A DNA stretch of 64,000 nucleotides from Candidatus Limnocylindria bacterium (GTDB taxonomy: Bacteria; Chloroflexota; Limnocylindria; Limnocylindrales; CSP1-4). The notes under the pieces are model-generated. The model was not told the DNA's origin and searched no databases. It saw nothing but the letters and a program-made list of their open reading frames with translations. Of this stretch, positions 27,689-35,796 are shown piece after piece. The DNA lies in the NCBI GenBank assembly GCA_041491485.1, contig JBGPVC010000001.1, positions 6,242-70,241 on the forward strand. The letters are read 5' to 3'. Numbering within the stretch: position 1 is the stretch's first letter; each line of letters opens with the position of its first letter. A program made the position numbers and the translations under genes.

Positions 27689-29860
27689 ATGGCCAGGGCA
27701 GCGACTCCGGTGCCGATCCCGACCGAACCGGTGGCGGTGTTGTCGGCCCCATTGGGGCGATCAGGGCTCGCGGCTGGTGCGCTTCTTCGCCGGGCGGGCA
27801 TCCGGCTCGGCTTCTACACGGTCGGCGACCTCCTCTTCCACCTGCCACGCCGCTACGACGACCTGCGCGAGATGCGTCACCTGGGTGATCTGGTGTGGAC
27901 GGAGGACGGGACCGTGGTGTCGGCGCGTGTCCGTGTCGCCGACGTGCGAGTTGAGCCCACGTTCCGGCGCCGCGTCCAGCGCACGATCGCGCGACTGGAG
28001 GACGAGACCGGCAGCGTCGATGCCACCTGGTTCGGCCGCCGGTTCATCGAGCGCCGCCTGCGCGTGGGCGGCGAAATCGTCGTCTCGGGCAGGATCAAGC
28101 GCTTCGGCCGTCGCCTCACCTTCGACAACCCCGAGTTCCAGACGGTCGCTGCAGACACGGAAGTGCTGCATGCCGGCCGGATCGTCCCGGTCTATCCGCT
28201 GACGGCCGGCCTGACCGCGGCGCGACTGCGACTCGCGATCCGCGAAGCGCTCGACAAGGCGGGTCACGCCTACCCGGAATACCTCCCGGAGCCGATCCGC
28301 GCGGGCGAAGGCCTGGTGCCCATCGCAAGGGCCATCGAGGAGGCCCACTACCCCGACTCGTTCGAGGGTCGCGATGCCGCCCTGCGCCGCCTCGCCTTCG
28401 ACGAGCTGCTGGCCCTGCAGCTCGGGATGGTCGCCCGCCGCCGGCAACGCGGGCGGGAGGCGGCCCCGCTGGTCGCGGTCGACGACACCTCGGACGCGGC
28501 CATCAGGACGTCCATCGTCGACTCGCTGACGGCCAGGATCGGCCGGCCGATCGAGCTGACCGCCGATCAGGCCACGTCGATGAGCGCGATCCGCCATGAC
28601 GTGGCGCAATCGACGCCGATGCTCCGGCTCCTCCAGGGCGACGTCGGTTCGGGCAAGACGGCGGTGGCGGCGTATGCCCTCGCCGCCGCCGCGCGGGCCG
28701 GACTCCAGGGTGCGCTGCTGGCACCAACGGATCTGCTGGCCCGGCAGCACCTGGAGACCATCGGCGGCCTGCTCGACGGGCTCGGCCTCGGGGTGACGCT
28801 CCTGGCCGGGTCACTGCCGGCCGACACGAAGGCCAAGGCAACCGAGGCCATCCGCTCGGGGCAGGCGAGCGTGGTCGTCGGCACCCACGCGCTCATCCAG
28901 GAGTCCGTCTCGTTCCGTGACCTCGGCCTCGTCGTCATCGACGAGCAGCATCGATTCGGCGTGGACCAGCGCGGCCAGCTCGAGGCAAAGGCCGGCGGGC
29001 GTGTCCCGCACGTCCTGCTGATGACCGCGACGCCGATCCCGCGAACCCTTGGCCAGGTGCTCTACGCCGACCTCGACGTGACGGACCTTCGGACGCCGCC
29101 CGAGGGTCGCGTGCCGATCCGAACGGGGATCCGGCGGGCGGCCGAGCTGGATGGCACCTGGCGCAAGGTCCGCGACGAAGCAGCGGCCGGCCATCGCACG
29201 TTCGTCGTCGTGCCGCTCATCGAGGAGAGCGACGATGACGAAGGCGCCGTCGCCGCCGAGAGTGAGGCGGTGCGTCTCACCGAAGTCCTGGCACCGCTCC
29301 GCGTCGGCCTGGTCCACGGGCGGATGAAACCGGCCGCCCGCGATGCGGAGATGGGGCGCTTCCGCGACGGCGAGCTGGACGTCCTTGTCGGCACGACGGT
29401 CGTCGAGGTCGGGGTGGACGTTCCGGCCGCCACGATGATGATCGTGGAGGGCGCGGACCGGTTCGGGCTGGCGCAGCTCCATCAGCTTCGCGGCCGGGTC
29501 GGGCGCGGCCTGGTCGAGTCGTTCTGCGTCCTCGTCTCCGACTCGACCGACGAGGTGGCCCAGGCTCGATTGAAGGCGGTCGCCGAACTGCGCGATGGGT
29601 TCGAGCTGGCGGAGCGTGATTTCGAACTGCGCCGAGAGGGCGACGTGCTTGGCCTGGTCCAGAGCGGCCTTCCCCAGCTCCGCGTCGCCTCGCTCCAGGA
29701 TCCGGCCCATCGCGAGCTGGCCGTTCGGGCGCGGACCCATGCCGAGTCGATGCTCGACGCATCGGGCCGGCTGCAGCCGCCACAGCCCGCGCTGACCGCG
29801 GAGCTCGAGACGGGCTGGCTCCGTCGCGTCGCGACCGGCGAACCGGCGAGCGGCGCATGA
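27689..29860 (+). CDS. recG: ATP-dependent DNA helicase RecG
   Basis: Wedge domain N-terminus, helicase motifs GDVGSGKT, DEQHRFG and the C-terminal superfamily-2 helicase domain. Confidence 0.9.
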   Translation: MARAATPVPIPTEPVAVLSAPLGRSGLAAGALLRRAGIRLGFYTVGDLLFHLPRRYDDLREMRHLGDLVWTEDGTVVSARVRVADVRVEPTFRRRVQRTIARLEDETGSVDATWFGRRFIERRLRVGGEIVVSGRIKRFGRRLTFDNPEFQTVAADTEVLHAGRIVPVYPLTAGLTAARLRLAIREALDKAGHAYPEYLPEPIRAGEGLVPIARAIEEAHYPDSFEGRDAALRRLAFDELLALQLGMVARRRQRGREAAPLVAVDDTSDAAIRTSIVDSLTARIGRPIELTADQATSMSAIRHDVAQSTPMLRLLQGDVGSGKTAVAAYALAAAARAGLQGALLAPTDLLARQHLETIGGLLDGLGLGVTLLAGSLPADTKAKATEAIRSGQASVVVGTHALIQESVSFRDLGLVVIDEQHRFGVDQRGQLEAKAGGRVPHVLLMTATPIPRTLGQVLYADLDVTDLRTPPEGRVPIRTGIRRAAELDGTWRKVRDEAAAGHRTFVVVPLIEESDDDEGAVAAESEAVRLTEVLAPLRVGLVHGRMKPAARDAEMGRFRDGELDVLVGTTVVEVGVDVPAATMMIVEGADRFGLAQLHQLRGRVGRGLVESFCVLVSDSTDEVAQARLKAVAELRDGFELAERDFELRREGDVLGLVQSGLPQLRVASLQDPAHRELAVRARTHAESMLDASGRLQPPQPALTAELETGWLRRVATGEPASGA

Positions 29861-29887
29861 TCTGGGCGCCGAGCGTCATGGTCGAAT

Positions 29888-30253
29888 GTGATCGACCGCC
29901 AGCAGATCGATCTATTCGCCCGGGAAGAGGCGGACATTCGGACGCCAATCGCGGTCTTGCTCGTCTTCCTCGTCTTCCTCGTCCTGTTGTTGCTGATCTT
30001 CCCGATCGACGTATGGCTACGCCACTTGCCGCCGGTGTGGCAAGTCGCGAATCCTCCGGACGTGATCCGCTATTGCACCGTCGACTACCGCGAGCCGAAG
30101 CGCACCACGGCGCGTGCTCCTTCCGACCCATCCATGGTCGAGCCGGTTCTCGAGAGCTTCGAGGGAGCACGACTGATCGAGCAGCCCGAACCAACTCGTC
30201 CGTTGCGTTCAGCGCTTCGGCCCGACAGGTCGCCGGGGTTCATCCGACGATAG
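29888..30253 (+). CDS. Hypothetical small membrane protein (single TM) in a low-GC segment
   Basis: 121-aa ORF with one strongly hydrophobic helix; atypical codon usage and lower GC than surroundings; GTG start. Confidence 0.4.
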   Translation: MIDRQQIDLFAREEADIRTPIAVLLVFLVFLVLLLLIFPIDVWLRHLPPVWQVANPPDVIRYCTVDYREPKRTTARAPSDPSMVEPVLESFEGARLIEQPEPTRPLRSALRPDRSPGFIRR

Positions 30254-30405
30254 GTGCATCCAACGCAAGCGACGCTCGGCAACTTGCATTGGACGCAACC
30301 GTCGAGCGGTGGAGGCCCGGTTGGCCGTGGTAGTGCGGTCGTCGCGCGGCCTGCCGCGGGGTGCCCGACCGACCCGACGCGACTCGCCTCGACGAGGGTG
30401 CGTCC

Positions 30406-30984
30406 GTGGCTGACGCCGGCCGCGTCATCGCCGGAGCGGCGCGCGGGGTCCGGCTCAAGGCTCCGGGCCCCGGGACCCGGCCGCTGGGCGATCGAGTCAA
30501 GCAGACGCTCTTCGCGATCCTGGAGCCCGATCTCCCGGGAGCCCGTGTCCTGGACCTCTTCGCCGGCAGCGGCGCGGCCGGCATCGAAGCCCTCTCACGC
30601 GGCGCCGCCTCGGTGGTGTTCGTCGAACGCGATGCGACCGCAACGTCGATCATCCAGGCGAACCTCACGGCGACCGGCCTGAGCGATCCGCGCGCGCGTG
30701 TCGAGCGGGAGGACGTGACGGCCTTCGCGGGTCGCCGCGCGGCCGAGAGCGTGCCATTCGACATCGTCTTCGTAGACCCGCCCTACGCCGACATCGAGCT
30801 CCGCGACCGCGTCCTCGCCTGGCTCGGCGCCCCCGAAGCGCCGCTCCATGACGGCGCCCGAGTCGTGGTCAAGCACTTCTGGCGCGATCAACCGCCGGCC
30901 AGGGTCGGGCTGCTAGCATCCGAGCGTGCGCGCCGCTTCGGCGAGACGGCGCTGACGTTCTACCGGCGTCAGGAGGACGGATGA
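30406..30984 (+). CDS. rsmD: 16S rRNA (guanine966-N2)-methyltransferase RsmD
   Basis: RsmD N-terminal pattern GxRLKAPxGxxTRPxxDRVKxxLF, SAM motif DLFAGSGAAGIEALSRGA, DPPY motif; GTG 30406 chosen (alternative 30361). Confidence 0.8.
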   Translation: MADAGRVIAGAARGVRLKAPGPGTRPLGDRVKQTLFAILEPDLPGARVLDLFAGSGAAGIEALSRGAASVVFVERDATATSIIQANLTATGLSDPRARVEREDVTAFAGRRAAESVPFDIVFVDPPYADIELRDRVLAWLGAPEAPLHDGARVVVKHFWRDQPPARVGLLASERARRFGETALTFYRRQEDG

Positions 30985-31478
30985 ACAGCGTCGCGGTCTA
31001 TCCCGGCTCGTTCGACCCGATCACCAACGGCCACCTCGACATCATCAGGCGCGCCACGAACGTCTTCGAGCGGCTGATCGTGGCCGTGCTCGCGAACCCG
31101 CGCAAGGCGTCGCTGCTCGACGTCCAGACGCGGATCCGCGTGATCCGGGACGCCCTCCTCGACGATGGCGCTCCGCTCGATCGCATCGAGGTCGAGGCCT
31201 TCGACGGTCTGACGGTCGACCTCTGTCGCGCCCGGGGCGCCGGGGCGATCGTACGCGGCCTCCGGGCCATCAGCGATTTCGAGACCGAGCTGCAGCTCGC
31301 GCACAACAACCGGGTGCTGGCACCCGAGGTCGATACGGTCTTCTTCATGACGTCCGTCGGCAACGGCTACGTCAGCTCGAGCCTCGTCCGCGAGATCGCA
31401 TCCTTTGGCGGCGATGTGTCGACAATGATCCCGTCCGCCGCGATATCGGCCCTCGACCAGGCGGTCAAGGGCCGCTGA
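30981..31478 (+). CDS. coaD: Phosphopantetheine adenylyltransferase
   Basis: YPGSFDPITNGHLD (HxGH nucleotidyltransferase motif) and the CoaD fold; ATGA overlap with rsmD. Confidence 0.92.
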   Translation: MNSVAVYPGSFDPITNGHLDIIRRATNVFERLIVAVLANPRKASLLDVQTRIRVIRDALLDDGAPLDRIEVEAFDGLTVDLCRARGAGAIVRGLRAISDFETELQLAHNNRVLAPEVDTVFFMTSVGNGYVSSSLVREIASFGGDVSTMIPSAAISALDQAVKGR

Positions 31479-31491
31479 GGCCGAGCCCGCG

Positions 31492-31500
31492 TGCCATAAT
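31492..31500 (+). promoter_or_regulatory. Extended -10 (TGcCATAAT) promoter ahead of the DivIVA-like/yceD/rpmF/plsX operon
   Basis: cgTGcCATAATCGACGCGG 13 nt after the coaD stop. Confidence 0.45.
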
Positions 31501-31550
31501 CGACGCGGCGCGACCCGACCGAGCGGGCCGAGTGCCGGGAGGGCCAACCC

Positions 31551-32093
31551 ATCGACATCATCTTCCTCGTCGAGCGCCTCGAGTCGCTGATCGCGAACGG
31601 CAAGAAGCTGCCGCTGACCACCAACGTGGTGCTCGACCAGAACGCCGCGCTGGGACTGATCGACGAGCTGCGCGTGGCCGTCCCCGAGGAGGTCCGGGCC
31701 GCCAAGCGGATCAATTCCGAGGGCGAGCGGATCATCGAGAAGGCCCAGGACGAGGCCGAGCGGATCGTGGCCAAGGCGCAGGAGCAGGCGGCGTTCCTGA
31801 TCGACGAGCGCGGCCTCACCCAGGCCGCCGAGGCGCTCAGCCGGCAGATCATCGCCGACGCGCACGCCGATGCCGACGAGATCCGCCGCGGTGCGGACGA
31901 GTACGCGGTGGGCGTCCTCGTCGGGCTCGAGGGGGACGTGGTCAAGACGCTCCAGAGCATCAAGAAGGGGATCGTCCTGCTGGACGAGCGGCGCGCCTCG
32001 CTCGAGGTGATCGAGACGAGCCGGCCGGAGGACGAGGGCGTCGACGAGCGGTGGGAGGACGAGGCGGCCGAGCCGTCCCAGGCCCCGAGATGA
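31551..32093 (+). CDS. Coiled-coil DivIVA/SepIVA-like protein (conserved upstream partner of YceD), apparent non-canonical ATC start
   Basis: Protein-like frame begins well upstream of the first GTG (31626); strong SD GGGAGGG at 31537-31543, 7 nt before ATC 31551; N-terminal segment resembles mycobacterial SepIVA recalled from memory; ATGA overlap with yceD. Confidence 0.5.
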   Translation: MDIIFLVERLESLIANGKKLPLTTNVVLDQNAALGLIDELRVAVPEEVRAAKRINSEGERIIEKAQDEAERIVAKAQEQAAFLIDERGLTQAAEALSRQIIADAHADADEIRRGADEYAVGVLVGLEGDVVKTLQSIKKGIVLLDERRASLEVIETSRPEDEGVDERWEDEAAEPSQAPR

Positions 32094-32644
32094 CCCTGCC
32101 CGCGTCCGGTGAGGCGTTCCTCTGGAACGTCGCCGGACTCCTCGGCGAGCCGAACGGCGCCGAGCGTACCTACGAGATCGACGGCGTGACGATCGACCTC
32201 GGCGAGGACCTCCACCTGGCCGCACCAATCGTCGGTCGGGTCCGACTGTCCCGGACCAACCGCGGGATCCTGGTCGCCTCCGACCTGCATGCCGCGCTCG
32301 ACCTCGAGTGCAGTCGCTGCCTGCGCGAGATCGCGCTGGCCGTCGACCTCGCGCTGCAGGAGGAGTACCTGCCGTCGATCGACCTGGCAACGGGCCGCCC
32401 ATTGGCGGTCGCTGACGAGCCGGACGTGTTGCGCCTGAGCGATCATCACGAGCTTGATCTGGAGACCTCGGTTCGCGAGGCGATCCAGCTGGCCGAGCCG
32501 ATCGCCTCGCTGTGCCGGCCGGACTGTCCGGGCCTGTGCATCGCCTGCGGCGGTCGTCTGGACGAAGGGGTGCACGATCATCCCGACGATGAGATCGACC
32601 CGCGCCTTGAGGCCCTGCGCGGGTTCAGGGCGGGCGGCGACTGA
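32090..32644 (+). CDS. yceD: YceD/DUF177 family protein (large-subunit ribosomal protein accumulation factor)
   Basis: C-terminal CxxC...CxxC pair (CRPDCPGLCIACGG) and the conserved position immediately upstream of rpmF. Confidence 0.8.
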   Translation: MTLPASGEAFLWNVAGLLGEPNGAERTYEIDGVTIDLGEDLHLAAPIVGRVRLSRTNRGILVASDLHAALDLECSRCLREIALAVDLALQEEYLPSIDLATGRPLAVADEPDVLRLSDHHELDLETSVREAIQLAEPIASLCRPDCPGLCIACGGRLDEGVHDHPDDEIDPRLEALRGFRAGGD

Positions 32645-32769
32645 CGAAGGCACCCGATTCGCGCTAGACTCCGCCGTCGGTCGGGCTCGCGCCGTCGGAC
32701 CCGCGCAACCCGAACCCGTCCACGCATCGCGAGTCGCGATGACCTCACGACAGGAGCAACCAGGACCCC

Positions 32770-32976
32770 ATGGGTGTACCCAAGCGACGTGTCTCGCATG
32801 CCCGTCAGGGTGAGCGTCGCGCGCATCTCGCCATCGAGCTGCCGTCTCTCGAGGAGTGCTCGCACTGCCACGAGATGAAGCTGCCGCATCATGTCTGCCC
32901 CAACTGCGGCTACCACAACGGTCGACTCGCCATCGAGCTCAAGCCCGCCGCCGCCCCTGACGACACCGCGCGCTGA
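32770..32976 (+). CDS. rpmF: 50S ribosomal protein L32
   Basis: GVPKRRVSHARQGERR...CSHCHEMKLPHHVCPNCGYH zinc ribbon. Confidence 0.9.
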   Translation: MGVPKRRVSHARQGERRAHLAIELPSLEECSHCHEMKLPHHVCPNCGYHNGRLAIELKPAAAPDDTAR

Positions 32977-32980
32977 CGCG

Positions 32981-34045
32981 GTGACCGGACCGCAGCCCGC
33001 GTCGCTGCGAGCGGGGGGCGATGGAGTTCGCGTCGCCGTCGATGCGATGGGCGGCGACCACGGCGTCTCCGAGGTCGTCCCCGGCGCCCTGGACCACGCC
33101 CGAAGCCATCCCGATGATCGGCTGATCCTGGTCGGCGACGAGTCGGCGATCCGCGCAGCCGCCGGAAGCAGCTTGCCGGCCAACGTGTCGATCGTGCACG
33201 CGTCCCAGGTGATCGCCATGGACGAGCACCCGGCGCTGGCCCTTCGGGAGAAGAAGGACTCGACGATCCTGGTCGCCATGGAGCTCGTGCGACGGGGCGA
33301 GGCCGACGCCGTCGTGACGGCCGGTCATACGGGTGCAGGCATGGCGGCCGCGGTGCTCCGGCTCGGCAGGCTGCCCGGCGTCGACCGCCCGGCGCTCGCC
33401 GTCCAGATGGTGACCGCGTCAGGCCCGATGGTCCTGCTCGACATCGGCGCGAACCCCGATTCGACTCCCGAGAACCTCGTGCAGTTCGCCCGAATGGGCG
33501 CGATCTTCGCCGAGCGCGTGCTGGGCGTGGCCAGCCCGCGCGTCGCGCTGCTGTCGATCGGCGAGGAGAAGGGCAAGGGCGACGCCCGCATTCAGCGCGC
33601 CACCGAATTGCTCGACGCGTCCGGCCTGCGCTTCGAGGGCAACGTCGAAGGCAAGGACCTGCCCCGCCACCTCGCCGACGTCGTGGTCTGCGATGCGGTT
33701 CTCGGGAACGTCGTCATCAAATTCTTCGAGGGCCTGTCCGGCTTCATCTTCGACCTGTGGCGGGGCGAGCTCGAGGGCTCACTCCGCGGACGTCTGGCGT
33801 ACCTGCTGCTGCGACCGGGCGTGAAGCGGATCCGGCACGTCTTCGATTACGAACGGACCGGCGGCTCGACATTGCTCGGCGTCCGCGGGACGGTCATCAT
33901 CACCCACGGACGAGCCCGGCGGCGCATGATCGGCTTCGCCTGCGACGTAGCGGCGACGACGGCCCGGACCCGGGTGCCGGAGCTGATCGCCGAGTCGCTC
34001 GCGGCCACGGCACCGGCGCGGGCAAGCGCTAGGGAGGCATCGTGA
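32981..34045 (+). CDS. plsX: Phosphate acyltransferase PlsX
   Basis: VDAMGGDHG N-terminus, TAGHTGA motif; GTG 32981 chosen just after the rpmF stop. Confidence 0.88.
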   Translation: MTGPQPASLRAGGDGVRVAVDAMGGDHGVSEVVPGALDHARSHPDDRLILVGDESAIRAAAGSSLPANVSIVHASQVIAMDEHPALALREKKDSTILVAMELVRRGEADAVVTAGHTGAGMAAAVLRLGRLPGVDRPALAVQMVTASGPMVLLDIGANPDSTPENLVQFARMGAIFAERVLGVASPRVALLSIGEEKGKGDARIQRATELLDASGLRFEGNVEGKDLPRHLADVVVCDAVLGNVVIKFFEGLSGFIFDLWRGELEGSLRGRLAYLLLRPGVKRIRHVFDYERTGGSTLLGVRGTVIITHGRARRRMIGFACDVAATTARTRVPELIAESLAATAPARASAREAS

Positions 34046-34356
34046 ACGGCCCGCAACTGACGGTCGGAAAGGGCGTGATCGTGGACCTCGTGTGCCTGGC
34101 GGCGCTCGAGGTTCCGGGCGTCGCGAGGCTCGGACGGGGTGGTCCCGGTTGGCGCCGGGCGCTCGGTGGGCCAGCCGTATCCGTGCAGTTGCGCAATGAT
34201 CGGGTTCTCGTTCGCACCTGGATCGTGGCGCGCCCCGGGCAGGCGCTTGGGCCCCTGGCCGGCCAGGTGCGTGCCGCGGTGACGGCGACGGTGGAGCGGC
34301 TGCTCGGCCTGGAGCTCGGGGCGGTGACCGTCCTGATCGATGGCGTCGGGGGCTGA
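34042..34356 (+). CDS. Asp23/Gls24-family protein (second copy, YqhY-like)
   Basis: Asp23 pattern; SD AGGGAGG; GTGA overlap with plsX; conserved pairing with nusB as in Bacillus yqhY-nusB. Confidence 0.8.
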   Translation: MNGPQLTVGKGVIVDLVCLAALEVPGVARLGRGGPGWRRALGGPAVSVQLRNDRVLVRTWIVARPGQALGPLAGQVRAAVTATVERLLGLELGAVTVLIDGVGG

Positions 34357-34870
34357 CCGGGTCCGCGGCCGCCGGACCGGTCGGCGGCTCGCGCTTGCGG
34401 CGATCTTCGAAGCGGACTTCGGCCAGCGGACCGCTGACTCGGTCCTGGAGCGCCACCTGGCGGCCGAGACCCGTGACGCGAATGCGGCCGAGCTGGCTCG
34501 CGAGCTGGTGGCCGCAGAGATGGCGCACCGCGACGCGATCGACGCGGAAATCACCCGTCGGGCACCCCAGTATCCGGTGACCGGCCTGGCCCGGATGGAC
34601 CGGGCGCTGCTCCGTACCGCCATATCCGAGGTGCTACACTCGGCCACGCCGGCCCGGGTGGCCATCGCCGAGTGGGTCGAGTTGGCACGCACCTACAGTG
34701 GAGACCCCATGCGGCGCCTCATGAATGGCGTCCTCGGGAAGATCGCAGCGGAGCCCAGCGGCCCCCGTCAGACGGCAACAGCACCAAACTCCGAGGAGGG
34801 AGTCAGTGGCAACCACCTACGAGCGCCTCAAGAAGATCGTCGTCGAGCAACTCGGCGCCGACGAGGATGA
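34340..34870 (+). CDS. nusB: Transcription antitermination factor NusB (extended C-terminus overlapping acpP)
   Basis: [13 protein letters not shown]... and ...[12 protein letters not shown] NusB motifs; stop not reached until 34868-34870, 65 nt into acpP. Confidence 0.8.
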   Translation: MASGADRVRGRRTGRRLALAAIFEADFGQRTADSVLERHLAAETRDANAAELARELVAAEMAHRDAIDAEITRRAPQYPVTGLARMDRALLRTAISEVLHSATPARVAIAEWVELARTYSGDPMRRLMNGVLGKIAAEPSGPRQTATAPNSEEGVSGNHLRAPQEDRRRATRRRRG

Positions 34871-35042
34871 GGTCAAGCCCGAGGCGTCGTTCGTCGATGA
34901 CCTGAACGCCGACTCGCTCGATCTCGTCGAGCTCATCATGAGCCTCGAAGAGGAGTTCGGGACGGAGATCTCGGACGAGGACGCGGAGAAGATCCGCACC
35001 GTCCAGGATGCCGTCGATTACATCGACGAGCGGGCGTCCTAG
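34806..35042 (+). CDS. acpP: Acyl carrier protein
   Basis: Phosphopantetheine attachment site [12 protein letters not shown]; GTG start with GAGGAGGGA SD. Confidence 0.9.
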   Translation: MATTYERLKKIVVEQLGADEDEVKPEASFVDDLNADSLDLVELIMSLEEEFGTEISDEDAEKIRTVQDAVDYIDERAS

Positions 35043-35079
35043 CGAGTCCCGGCCGGGTCGCGGCCGGACGGCGGGCCAC

Positions 35080-35796
35080 GTGCGACCCGCGGAAGCCCTC
35101 GCGGAACGACTCGGCATCGCCGTCCGCGACCTGGATCTGCTCGAGCAGGCGCTCGTCCATTCGAGTTGGCACCACGAGCATCGCGAAGGCGCCCGTGGCC
35201 ACAACGAGCGCCTCGAGTTCCTCGGCGACGCGGTGGTCAACCTGGCGATCTCGGAGGCGCTCTACACGCGGCACCCGGGCGACGACGAGGGGTACCTGTC
35301 GGCTCGCCGCGCCGCGATCGTGTCGACCGTCGGGCTCGCCCGGCTGGCCGGGCGGATCGAGCTCGGTGCCTATCTCATGCTCGGCGAAGGCGAGGCGCAG
35401 CGGAGCGGACGGCGCCGTCCGTCGCTGCTCGCCTCCACGTTCGAGGCGGTCGCCGGCGCCCTGTACCTGGACCTTGGCTTCCCGCTGGTACGCGACTGGC
35501 TGGTCGGGCTGGCCGCGCCGGAGCTCAGCGCCGAACTGCCGATCGGATCGCTGAAGAGCCCGAAAAGTCGGCTCCAGGAGTACACGCAGCGTCACTCGGG
35601 CGAACGGCCGTCCTACCGCTTGCTCGATGCGACCGGCCCCGACCACGAGAAGTCGTTCCGGATCGAGGTCTGGGTCGATGGCCGGCTGCTCGGGACCGGT
35701 GAAGGCCCGTCCCGTCGGACGGCCGAGACGGCGGCGGCGTCGCAGGCCGTGGAGCGCCTGCGCACGATGATCGAATCGGACGGGAAGGCGCCGTGA
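35080..35796 (+). CDS. rnc: Ribonuclease III
   Basis: RNase III signature ERLEFLGDAV and a C-terminal dsRBD. Confidence 0.9.
   Translation: MRPAEALAERLGIAVRDLDLLEQALVHSSWHHEHREGARGHNERLEFLGDAVVNLAISEALYTRHPGDDEGYLSARRAAIVSTVGLARLAGRIELGAYLMLGEGEAQRSGRRRPSLLASTFEAVAGALYLDLGFPLVRDWLVGLAAPELSAELPIGSLKSPKSRLQEYTQRHSGERPSYRLLDATGPDHEKSFRIEVWVDGRLLGTGEGPSRRTAETAAASQAVERLRTMIESDGKAP

Noticed and set aside
31532-32644. 370-aa ORF spanning the DivIVA-like gene and yceD in a third frame
   Set aside because: Arg/Gly/Pro-rich composition; the two real genes are in other frames with good motifs
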